A program made the translations under genes and the position numbers. The notes beneath the pieces are model-generated. The model worked only from the letters and a program-made list of their open reading frames with translations. It was not told where the DNA came from and ran no database searches. Positions 40,231 through 51,600 of a stretch of DNA of 64,000 bases are shown here, in pieces. Numbering within the stretch: position 1 is the first letter of the stretch; each line of letters begins with the position of its first letter. Source of the DNA: Macrostomum lignano (taxonomy: Eukaryota); assembly GCA_002269645.1 (NCBI GenBank), contig NIVC01002260.1:62001-126000 (forward strand). Reading direction: 5' to 3'.

Positions 40231-40545
40231 AGGATTGTTGCCTAGTGGTGAGTGTCGGACTCACGACTTGAAGGTCGGGGGCTCGATTCCCGATCCCACA
40301 GGAACAGTTTGTGTCCTTGAGCAAGACACTTAACTCTGCATTGCTTCAGTTCACCCAGCTGTAAAATGCCAGCATTAACTGGGGTAATTGAGGGTGTGTG
40401 GTGACCACCCCCCCCCCCCCAGTCCTTGGACTGAACAGCCGTACGCAGCCTTCAGATGGGCTGCGCAATAGCTGCAGCTGAGCTGTCGGTTGCACATCTG
40501 GCCGTCAGGACAGGTGTTATCAATTATTAATAATTATTATTAATC
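40231..40545 (+). mobile_element. tRNA-derived CORE-type SINE
   Basis: A-box-like TTGCCTAGTGG, B-box-like GGCTCGATTCC, segment TGTGTCCTTGAGCAAGACACTTAACTC...CAGTTCACCCAGCTGTAAAATG resembling the MIR/CORE domain, (ATT)n tail. Confidence 0.7.
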
Positions 40546-40939
40546 GTAAGTATATTTTTTCAACGAGACAACAGTAAACACGCGCCACGAGCCCAGCTTC
40601 AATGTCCTTTATAAGCCAGAAAGGCAGTTGAAGTCGTTTCCGTAAATTAAAAGTGCACCCACTCAAAGTTCCGTGAAAGTCTCAATAATTCTAGGCCTCC
40701 AACGCTCGGTACACAGGCTAACAGACAAGGTTAATATCATCAAACACGTCGTCCTCAGTGTCGTTTCCACCCCAAATGCTAATTATAGATCTCCTTGGCT
40801 TTATCGCGTTGTTATCGTCTATGGCACTCGTGCAATCGTCCCGAGACGTTAACAACGCTCAGAATTCGGGGTAATCCCCCATTTTCATGCACGCTAAACC
40901 GCACGGGCACTCAGCACTCCTATCGGACACCGCGCACTC

Positions 40940-41236
40940 ATGGCGACTCCGCAGCGCTCCTGGCTGCTGGCTGTCGCCTTCTGCTGCCTGGCCGCTCTCG
41001 GCTCGCTGCAGCCGCTGCCGCAGAACTCCAGCAGCCTCCAGCGCAACGGCACCCTCCATCTGGCTCCGACTCCAGCCAGCGGCGTCAAAAATTTCATCGG
41101 TCGCGACTTCCGCCTGCCGGAGAGCCGGTCGATGAACACCAGCTGGTACATCATTCTGCTGTGGACCGTTTCTGTCCTGCTGGCCAGCCTCGTCATTCTG
41201 GTGGCTTTCGTCTTCGTGCAGCAGTTCCTGCTGTAG
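40940..41236 (+). CDS. Small 98-aa membrane protein: signal peptide, short glycosylated ectodomain, C-terminal hydrophobic segment
   Basis: MATPQRSWLLAVAFCCLAALGS signal; sequons NSS, NGT, NTS; TM WYIILLWTVSVLLASLVILVAFVFV; ATGG context. No family recognised. Confidence 0.55.
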   Translation: MATPQRSWLLAVAFCCLAALGSLQPLPQNSSSLQRNGTLHLAPTPASGVKNFIGRDFRLPESRSMNTSWYIILLWTVSVLLASLVILVAFVFVQQFLL

Positions 41237-41242
41237 CCATCT

Positions 41243-42611
41243 ACGGGTCACGCCTGTGTCAGACTGGGTCACGCCTGTGTCAGACTGGGTCACGCCTGTG
41301 TCAGACTGGGCCACGCCTGTGTCAGACTGGGTCACGCCTGTGTCAGACTGGGTCACGCCTGTGTCAGACTGGGTCACGCCTGTGTCAGACTGGGCCACGC
41401 CTGTGTCAGACTGGGTCACGCCTGTGTCAGACTGGGTCACGCCTGTGTCAGACTGGGTCACGCCTGTGTCAGACTGGGTCACGCCTGTGTCAGACTGGGT
41501 CACGCCTGTGTCAGACTGGGCCACGCCTGTGTCAGACTGGGCCACGCCTGTGTCAGACTGGGTCACGCCTGTGTCAGACTGGGCCATGCCTGTGTCAGAC
41601 TGGGTCACGCCTGTGTCAGACTGGGCCACGCCTGTGTCAGACTGGGTCATGCCTGTGTCAGACAAGGCCACGCCTGTGTCAGACTGGGTCACGCCTGTGT
41701 CAGACTAGGTCAAGCCTGTGTCAGACTGGGTCACGCCTGTGTCAGACTGGGCCACGCCTGTGTCAGACTGGGTCACGCCTGTGTCAGACTAGGTCAAGCC
41801 TGTGTCAGACTGGGTCACGCCTGTGTCAGACTAGGTCAAGCCTGTGTCAGACTGGGTCACGCCTGTGTCAGACTGGGCCACGCCTGTGTCAGACTGGGTC
41901 ACGCCTGTGTCAGACTAGGTCAAGCCTGTGTCAGACTGGGTCACGCCTGTGTCAGACTGGGTCACGCCTGTGTCAGACTGGGTCACGCCTGTGTCAGACT
42001 GGGTCACGCCTGTGTCAGACTGGGTCACGCCTGTGTCAGACTGGGTCACGCCTGTGTCAGACTGGGTCACGCCTGTGTCAGACTGGGCCACGCCTGTGTC
42101 AGACTGGGCCACGCCTGTGTCAGACTGGGCCACGCCTGTGTCAGACTGGGTCACGCCTGTGTCAGACTAGGTCAAGCCTGTGTCAGACTGGGTCACGCCT
42201 GTGTCAGACTGGATCACGCCTGTGTCAGACTGGGCCACGCCTGTGTCAGACTGGGTCACGCCTGTGTCAGACTGGGTCACGCCTGTGTCAGACTGGGCCA
42301 CGCCTGTGTCAGACTGGGTCACGCCTGTGTCAGACTGGGCCACGCCTGTGTCAGACTGGGTCATGCCTGTGTCAGACTGGGCCACGCCTGTGTCAGACTA
42401 GGTCAAGCCTGTGTCAGACTGGGTCACGCCTGTGTCAGACTGGGCCACGCCTGTGTCAGACTGGGTCACGCCTGTGTCAGACTGGGTCACGCCTGTGTCA
42501 GACTGGGTCACGCCTGTGTCAGACTAGGTCACGCCTGTGTCAGACTGGGTCACGCCTGTGTCAGACTGGGTCACGCCTGTGTCAGACTGGGTCAAGCCTG
42601 TGTCAGACTGG
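41243..42611. repeat. 21-bp minisatellite (GGGTCACGCCTGTGTCAGACT)n, ~65 copies
   Basis: Visible array; produces the 636-aa GSRLCQT ORF. Confidence 0.97.
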
Positions 42612-42960
42612 ACCTATTTACTATCTACTACTTACTACCAGTCTTGTACGAGCTAATCAGTTTAAATTTATGCATGCTAAAATAATTTATCATTTTTATC
42701 AGTAAACGTGTATCTGGTTCTGCACCCACATCCGGTATCAACCGTCTGATTTACGCTTATTAATGAATTGCACTAAAGTAAGAAAGTAAATTGCTACTCA
42801 CCAGATGCTATTTATAGCACTCCCAGCCAGCCAGGTCTCCTACTGTCTATGGCCAAGCCTGCGTGAAAACTGCCAGGCCCCAGGCTTCATAAAGCAAAAC
42901 TGTAGGCAGCATATTGAAGGCACTGAGGTCTCGGCGCTCCTTGATTTTCTTCGAATTCAG

Positions 42961-45900
42961 ACCTGCCAAGCTCCACTACCGATCGACATCACGGATGCCG
43001 CGGCTGCGTCCACCGTCCTCGGCCAGGCGGACCTGGTGCCCGGCCAGGTCCCGCCAGCTTGCCATGCCCGGTGAGTCTGCGTGAGTCTGTGAGTGAATCT
43101 GAGTCTGCCCTGCTCTGCGTCATGTAAAATAATGAGCTGCTCATTCATACTCAGCTCTGCCCCATGTCCGTATTTGCTTTTCTCCCCAATCCCAATTGTA
43201 TTTTCTGAGGGATGCTGAAGAGAGTGAACACACTGGCACACAGCAGACTGGCACACTTCAGACTGGCACACAGCAGACTGGCACACAGCAGACTGACATA
43301 CAGCAGACTGGCACACAGATCAGACTGGCATGCAGCAGACTGGCACACAGCAGACTGGCACACAGCAGACTGGCACACAGCAGACTGGCACACAGCAGAC
43401 TGGCATGCAGCAGACTGGCACACAGCAGACTGGCATGCAGCAGACTGGCATGCAACACTCTCACAACTGCAGAAATTTCCTCGGAGGAGCCGCTGCCCGC
43501 CCTGTCCAGCAACCGGCACTGCAGTTCCAAGCCGCAGAAGCCGGTTAACCCCCCGCCGCCAGTTGAGCCCAGCATCTCGCCGGCTGCCGAGGAGGCGCTG
43601 CAGGAGGAGCCGTCACTGTCGGAAATTCCCGAGGAGTCGCCTCAGCCGCCACCGCCGCCGAGAAAGAAACCTGCGAAAAAGGAGGGCCTGGACTTCTCCT
43701 ACCTGAAAGACGGCCTGACGGCTGACGGCCCGCAGGATCCGGAGGAGAAGGAAGCGCGGAAGTGAGATGGCCGCAGATGAGCTGGAACCTGACCCACTCA
43801 GTCCTGACCCACTCAGTCCTGACCCACTCACCCCTGACCCACTCACCCCTGACCCACTCACCCCTGACCCACTCACCCCTGACCCACTCACCCTTGACCC
43901 ACTCACCCCTGACCCACTCACCCCTGACCCACTCACCCCAAACCCACTTACCCCTGACCCACTCACCCCTGACCCACTCACCCCTGACCCACTCACCCCT
44001 GACCCACTCACCCCTGACCCACTCACCCATAACCCACTCACCCATGACCCACTCACCCCTGACCCACTCACCCCTGACCCAATCACCCTGACCCAATCAC
44101 CCCTGACCCACTCACCCCTGACCCACTCACCCCTGACCCACACACTCCCAACCCACTCACCCCTGACCCACTCACCCCTGACCCACACACTCCCAACCCA
44201 CTCACCCATGACCCACTCACTCCCAACCCACTCACCCATGACCCACTCACCCCGACCCACTCACCCTGACCCACTCACCCTAACCCACTCAGTCCTATCT
44301 CACTCAGTCCTAACTCACTCAGTCCTAACCCACTCACCCCTGACCCACTCACCCCTGACCCACTCACCCCTGACCCACTCACCCATAACCCACTCACCCA
44401 TGACCCACACACTCCCAACCCACTCACCCATAACCCACTCACCCCTGACCCACACACTCCCAACCCACTCACCAATGACCCACTCACTCCCAACCCACTC
44501 ACCCATGACCCACTCACTCCCAACCCACTCACCCATGACCCACACACTCCCAACCCACTCACCCATAACCCACTCACCCATGACCCACACACTCCCAACC
44601 CACTCACCCATGACCCACTCACTCCCAACCCACTCACCCCTGACCCACTCACCCCTGACCCACTCACCCCTGACCCACTCACCCCTGACCCACTCACCCC
44701 TGACCCACTCACCCCTGACCCACTCACCCCAAACCCACTTACCCCTGACCCACACACTCCCAACCCACTCACCCCTGACCCACACACTTCCAACCCACTC
44801 ACCCCTGACCCACTCACCCCTTACCCACTCACCCCTGACCCACTCACCCTGACCCACTCACCCCTAACCCACTCACCCCTGACCCACTCACCCCTGACCC
44901 ACTCACCCCTGACCCACACACTCCCAACCCACTCACTCATGACCCACTCACTCCCAACCCACTCACCCCTGACCCACTCACCCATGACCCACTCACTCCC
45001 AACCCACTCACCCATGACCCACACACTCCCAACCCACTCACCCATAACCCACTCACCCATGACCCACTCACCCCTTACCCACTCACCCCTGACCCACTCA
45101 CCCCTGACCCACTCACCCCTAACCCACTCACCCCTGACCCACTCACCCCTGACCCACTCACCCCTGACCCACACACTCCCAACCCACTCACCCATGACCC
45201 ACTCACTCCCAACCCACTCACCCCTGACCCACTCACCCATGACCCACTCACTCCCAACCCACTCACCCATGACCCACTCACTCCCAACCCACTCACCCCT
45301 GACCCACACACTCCCAACCCACTCACCCCTGACCCACTCACCCCTGACCCACTCACCCCTGACCCACTCACCCCTGACCCACTCACCCCTGACCCACTCA
45401 CCCCTTACCCACTCACCCCTGACCCACTCACCCATAACCCACTCACCCCTGACCCACTCACCCATAACCCACTCACCCATAACCCACTCACCCATGACCC
45501 ACTCACTCCCAACCCAATCGCACCGACCCGCAGAGCAGCGCTGGGGTCGGTGGAGGCCGCACTCAAGGTCGCGCAGGCCCGAGCCGATCGCCTCGCCGAG
45601 TTGGCGGCGGATTCGACCGGTGACGCTCGCGGCCGCTGCGCCACGCTGGAGGAGGCCCGCAAGCTCAAGCAGTGCATCGCCGGCCTGGGCGAGATTTTGA
45701 GCTGCCTCCGCCGCAGGCAGCCAGCCGTCTTGAGTCACAGGGAGACCGGGCGGTGCTGCGGCCCGCGGCTGGCCGACTGTCCGCACAGCGGCCGAGACCG
45801 CCTGGCCGAGCTGCGGAGCCGCTACGAACGGAGCCTCCTGCTGACACCGGCTGACGTCAGGTGAGCTTGGGGCTCAGCCTCATCCTTGGCTCAGCCTCTC

Positions 45901-47523
45901 CCGTGCCTCATCCTTGGCTCAGTCATTTTGTAGTGTAGACACAAGCCTATTCACTCGCAGATGCAATCGATGCAGCTCCAGCTCTGCATGTCAGGCCAGG
46001 CTCCTACTCTTAAAACTTGTGTAACAGCCAAAGTTTCAGAGGTCAAGGCAACCAAACTGGCAATGAAAAATTGTCTTAGCTGGTATTGAAATCGCTCAGT
46101 TTAGCCTTCTAGACATTTGCGTTTCTTTCTAAATAAATGCAGATGCGTCAGCTCTGTCCTTCCGTGTCAGATCCCGCGCTTTTTCTGTTGCTACCTGGTT
46201 TCTGCGCCTCGCCCCCCGTCAGTAAGCGTTGAAACTGCTGGAGTCTCATAGGAGTCCCATAGGTGATTCATAGGAGTCCCATAGGAGTCCCATAGGAGTC
46301 CCATAGGAGTCCCATAGGAGTCCCATAGGAGTCCCATAGGTGATTCATAGGAGTCCCATAGGAGTCCCATAGGAGTCCCATAGGAGTCCCATAGGAGTCC
46401 CATAGGAGTCCCATAGGTGATTCATAGGAGTCCCATAGGAGTCCCATAGGAGTCCCATAGGAGTCCCATAGGAGTCTCATAGGAGTCTCATAGGAGTCCC
46501 ATAGGAGTCTCATAGGAGTCTCACAGGAATCCCACAGGAGTCCCATAGGAGTCCCATAGGAGTCCCATAGGAGTCTCATAGGAGTATCACAGGAATCCCA
46601 CAGGAGTCCCATAGGAGTCCCATAGGAATCCCATAGGAGTCCCATAGGAGTTTCATAGGAGTCTCACAGGAATCCCACAGGAGTCCCATAGGAATCCCAT
46701 AGGAGTCCCATAGGAGTTTCATAGGAGTCTCACAGGAATCCCACAGGAGTCCCATAGGAGTCTCATAGGAATCCCACAGAAGTCTCATAGGACTCCCAAA
46801 GGAGTCTCATAGGAGTCTCATAGGAGATTCATAGGTGTCTCATAGGAATCTCATAGGAGACTCATAGGAGACAGTGGGATGGCAGGTAGCAGAGTCCCAC
46901 CGAAGAGAATGGGATGCTTCAGAAAGAACTTTTTGCTTCATGTAGCCAGCGTGTTGATTTTTCCCAGGGATTCTCGGAGATTTGCCAGAGAAAATTTCAC
47001 TGGCCTGAGGTTGTAAAGAGACGACCCGAGTCAGAACTCTGTTTCCCTATACAGATTTCCAGCTTGAGGTGTCCATGGATTTTGATGGTCTTTAGCAGTT
47101 GCTGACGGCCAACTGAATTTTAAAATAAGCGGGAAAAACTCGTGCAGACTGGAAGCTGACGATGATGGCGAGGCTCGGGGGAGGGGCAGAGCTGCTCAGC
47201 GGTTAAGGCGTCCGACTCTCGGGCCACAGTAGCCCGGGTTCGATTCCACGTGTGGTTCAATTAATTTTGTGCGGAGTGTGTACAGCCTGGCGATGAGAAA
47301 GTCGGGACGCCTGTACAACCCGACTATGAGAAAGTCGGGATGGCTGTGTACAGCCTGGCGATGAGAAAGTCGCCTCCTCGCTGGCTGCTGCCAACCGAGC
47401 TGAACCGCCCCCTCCCCGCCTTCCAGCTGGCCGTTCGTCCACCTGATCGCCCCGGCCTGGCCGGCTCCACCCAGCGCCGCGGAGGCCTGCCGCTCGTTGG
47501 CCAACGACTGCGGGAGCGCCTGA
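42961..47523 (+). CDS. Uncharacterised 4-exon gene (Pro/Glu-rich segment followed by helical region); 5' end uncertain
   Basis: Exons 42961-43070, 43473-43761, 45534-45860, 47427-47523 with GT-AG sites and matching phases (1,2,2), reading ...LAMP|EISSEEPLP...KKEGLDFSYLKDG...EARK|AALGSVEAALK...TPADV|SWPFVHL...CGSA*. Confidence 0.55.
43228..43452. repeat. 15-bp minisatellite (CAGCAGACTGGCACA)n, intronic
   Basis: Visible array. Confidence 0.93.
43788..45515. repeat. 15-bp minisatellite (GACCCACTCACCCCT)n with variants, filling an intron
   Basis: Visible array; source of THSPL/EWVRG/VSGSG ORFs. Confidence 0.96.
46240..46870. repeat. 11-bp minisatellite (CATAGGAGTCC)n, intronic
   Basis: Visible array. 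Confidence 0.94.
47185..47260 (+). mobile_element. tRNA-derived SINE head or tRNA pseudogene
   Basis: GCTGCTCAGCGGTTAAGGCG (A-box-like) and GGTTCGATTCC (B box); no complete cloverleaf. Confidence 0.5.
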
Positions 47524-48413
47524 CGACCGAGGCACCTCGGCAACCTGGCCGCCCAGAAACTGAATTTTTTACAGACTGAGAAGTTCATTGCCGAATTACA
47601 CTCGATTAACGGCCTTGGTTGCCAAGGGCAAAGCTTGGTTGGGGGCGATTTCAGTTTTCTTCTTATGCAATCACAGAGTCTCCAAAATGTGTTAATTCTT
47701 TGGTTGAATGTCGCAGGAAAATGTGGCATGAATTCCCCTGCAAGACTGAGCTGGTCAGATTTGTTGATATTGCTGACTTCGAATGCAGTCGCTTTCCAAA
47801 CCGCAGATAGAAAGAGTGAAAAATTAAAGAAAAGTGTTCGCGAAAAAACTTTGAATCTTCAAACTACTACAAACTACGGAGTGGGCGCGCGGCGACAGTT
47901 GCCGAGCGGCAGTTGGCCAAAAACTCCCCGCTTTCGTTTAGAGCACTCGAAAATGAAGAGGCAGAGAATTTCTGCAAAACACTTCAACGTCGAGGAGTAG
48001 CGCGAGCGCACTTGAAGTTTTTCTCGAGTGACTCTCCGCTCGTGAAACCCGTGGCCTCGGGGAGTTCACCTGCGCTCCGGGTTTCAAACCGGTCCAAACC
48101 TGTTGCTGCTGCGGACTCGCCGCTGGCCACTCCCGAAGCGGCGCTGCCGCAACTTCAAGAGGATCTGCATCGATGGCCCCGCAGCTCCTGAGTAGCGAAG
48201 TTGGGCTAACAGAGTTCAGGCTGTGCCCGACTCACACCGGGTTGCTAGGCTGCGCTGGGCAGGGGGATGTTGCCCAGCTCTTGAAGCTCCCCCCCCCCGC
48301 GATCCTCGGACCCAGCTTTGCCGGCAGGTGCAGACCGAAGGCAGCTGAGAGTGCCGCTTCACACCTGTGCATCGATAACGGAGGAGTCAGGGGCAGCCCG
48401 GACCCGCATTGTC

Positions 48414-48485
48414 TATAAATGATGCCGCTCCGAGACCCTCGGTAACAGTCAATTTGGAAGAAATCTGAAGCACCGGATACGCCAG
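48414..48485 (+). promoter_or_regulatory. TATA box (TATAAAT 48414-48420) and short non-coding first exon of the Arg-rich gene
   Basis: TATA followed by exon ending at donor CCAG|GTAAGT (48486); acceptor TTTCAG| at 48628 lies 7 nt before the ATG. Confidence 0.6.
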
Positions 48486-48635
48486 GTAAGTGAGCTGCCG
48501 CTAAATTCTGGTCAGGTAGCTGTAGGATTCTGTAGCGAAAGTCTGGTCAGGTAGGTGTGGGATTCTGTAGCGAAAGTCTGGTCAGGTAGCTGTAGGATTC
48601 TGTAGCTAACTCTGCTCCTACATTTCAGACTCAAA

Positions 48636-51600
48636 ATGCGTCTGACGGTGCTGCTTCTGCTCTCCGTTGTGGTGCTTCTGGCTCTCACTAGCGATGTTAG
48701 CGACGCCCGAAGATCGAAGCCGTGAGTATAGACCGAATTAGCTTTGCCAGTTACACTACTTAAAGCAGGCTAGTGTCTCAACTTGCTTGGATCAAGTTTG
48801 CTCATGTCGGCTTTCGCGAATAAATTTTCAGTCGCTGGGCCAGACGATGTTTTCGAAAGCTCGGAAAGACGGTGAAGCGTCTGAAAAAGCTGGCGAAGAT
48901 CAGGAAGATCCGCGCTAGGAGGGCCAAAAGGTCCTGGGCAAAGCGCATGGTCGCATGTGAGTGCAGTCCCTAATGTATCTGTGCAGTGCATTGTCTATGG
49001 AACAAACTGTAACAAGCGAATGATTCCCGGCTCGATGCTCGACTTTCAGCCATCAAAAAGTGCGGTCGGAGGCGCTGCGGGAGGCGGCAGCGATGCGTCG
49101 TTCGGCTATCCAGGAGGAAGATTGGCCGAATCTCCCGCCGAATCGCCCGGTTACGACGCCGCTACCGCAAGAAGAAGGCCAAGATCAATCGAAAGTTTCG
49201 AGCTGCCATTCGCCGCAGCTTGAAACGAGTGAAAACGGCGGCCGGTCGCAAAGCGCTCTCCAGCAAAAAGTCCAAGGCCAGAAAGGTTGTCAACAAGAGG
49301 AAGAAAAAGCTTCGCAGGCGAACTAGAAAACGACTGGTATCCCTGAAGCGGAAATTGCGCCGGGCTCGACGAGGGTCGAAGAGGTGCGTGTCCAGGAGAC
49401 GCCGCAGCTCGCGAAGGAGACGTGGTGAGTATTCACTTTGTCGGCTGTATGAAAATACGGTGCAGTCTATGTGGCCCAATTCATAAAAAACATCGCTTTT
49501 ACTTCCGATCCTACAGGCGTGCGGTGCGGCCGAAGACGCTGCAGCATTCGTCAGCGATGCGTCGCCCGACGATCCAGAAGACGAATCCGACGAATCCGCC
49601 GCCGAATCTCCAAGCTGGGACGATCGTATCGCAAGAAGCGGGCTAAAATTAGCCGCAAGTTGCGCGCCGCCATTCGCCGCAGCTCTCGACGCGTCAAATC
49701 GCTGGCCGCATGCCAAAGGCTCTCCAAGAAGCGATCCAAGATCAGAAGGGCAGCCAATAAGCGAGTAAAGAAAGTTCGCAGGCGTTTTAGAAAGCGACTG
49801 GTATCCTTGAGACGCCGACTGAGAAGAGCACGAAGAGGATCAAGACGTTGCGTGTCTCGAAGGAGAAGACGCGGTAAGCCATGGAATCTTTTTCGAGTAA
49901 TAGACTAAAGTCACACACAGACACACATATATATATTTGCTCCTAAAGGTGTTCAATGTGGCCGAAGACGCTGCGGAAGACGTCAGCGATGCATTTCCCG
50001 ACGATCGAGCAGAAGAATCCGCCGAATCCGAAACCGAATCTCCAAGGTAAGACGATCCTATCGAAAGAGACAGGCCAAAATCAGCCGAAAATTCCGCGCC
50101 GCCATTCGCCGGTATTCGCGATCGGTAAAGTCAGCAGCAGCACGTCAAAAACAAGCCAAAAAGAGGGCTAAGGCCAGAAAAATTGTCCGCAAGCGAACTA
50201 GAAAGCTTCGAAATCAAACTAAAAGAAGACTGCGATCTCTGAAGCGCAAATTGAGTAGAGCTCGGCGACAATCAAGAAGGTGCGTTTCACGAAGACTAAT
50301 TAGATCCAGAAAAAGACGCTCCTTGAAACGCCGTGCCAACCAAAGAAGACGCTCAGCGAGAAGACGTGCCAACCGAAAGAGACGTGGCAGCAAGAGACGA
50401 TCGAGGAGAAGCCGAAGACGTGCCAACCGAAAGAGACGTGGCAGCAAGAGACGATCGAGGAGAAGCCGAAGACGTGCCAACCGAAAGAGACGTGGCAGCA
50501 AGAGACGATCGAGGAGAAGCCGAAGACGCGCCAACCGAAAGAGACGTGGCAGCAAGAGACGATCTAGAAGAAGCCGAAGACGTGCGAACCGAAAGAGACG
50601 TGGCAGCAAGAGACGATCTAGGAGAAGCCGAAGACGTGCCACCCGAAGAAGTCGAAGAGCGAGAAGACGCGCCAACCGAAAGAGACGTGGCAGCAAGAGA
50701 CGATCGAGGAGAAGCCGAAGACGTGCCACCCGAAGAAGTCGAAGAGCGAGAAGACGCGCCAACCGAAAGAGACGTGGCAGCAAGAGACGATCTAGGAGAA
50801 GCCGAAGACGTGCCACCCGAAGAAGTCGAAGAGCGAGAAGACGCGCCAACCGAAAGAGACGTGGCAGCAAGAGACGATCTAGGAGAAGCCGAAGACGTGC
50901 CACCCGAAGAAGTCGAAGAGCGAGAAGACGCGCCAACCGAAAGAGACGTGGCAGCAAGAGACGATCGAGGAGAAGCCGAAGACGTGCCACCCGAAGAAGT
51001 CGAAGAGCGAGAAGACGCGCCAACCGAAAGAGACGTGGCAGCAAGAGGCGACCTAGAAGAAGAAGACGTGCGACCCGAAGAAGTCGAAGAGCGAGAAGAC
51101 GCGCCAACCGAAAGAGACGTGGCAGTAGGAGACGATCTAGAAGAAGCAGAAAACGTGCCACTCGAAGAAGTCGAAGAGCGAGAAGACGCGCCAACCGAAA
51201 GAGACGTGGCAGCAAGAGACGATTAAGGAGAAGCCGAAGACGTGCCAACCGAAAGAGACGTGGCAGCAAGAGACGATCTAGGAGAAGCCGAAGACGTGCC
51301 ACCCGAAGAAGTCGAAGAGCGAGAAGACGCGCCAACCGAAAGAGACGTGGCAGCAAGAGACGATCGAGGAGAAGCCGAAGACGTGCCACCCGAAGAAGTC
51401 GAAGAGCGAGAAGACGCGCCAACCGAAAGAGACGTGGCAGCAAGAGGCGACCTAGAAGAAGAAGACGTGCGACCCGAAGAAGTCGAAGAGCGAGAAGACG
51501 CGCCAACCGAAAGAGACGTGGCAGCAAGAGACGATCTAGGAGAAGCCGAAGACGTGCCACCCGAAGAAGTCGAAGAGCGAGAAGACGCGCCAACCGAAAG

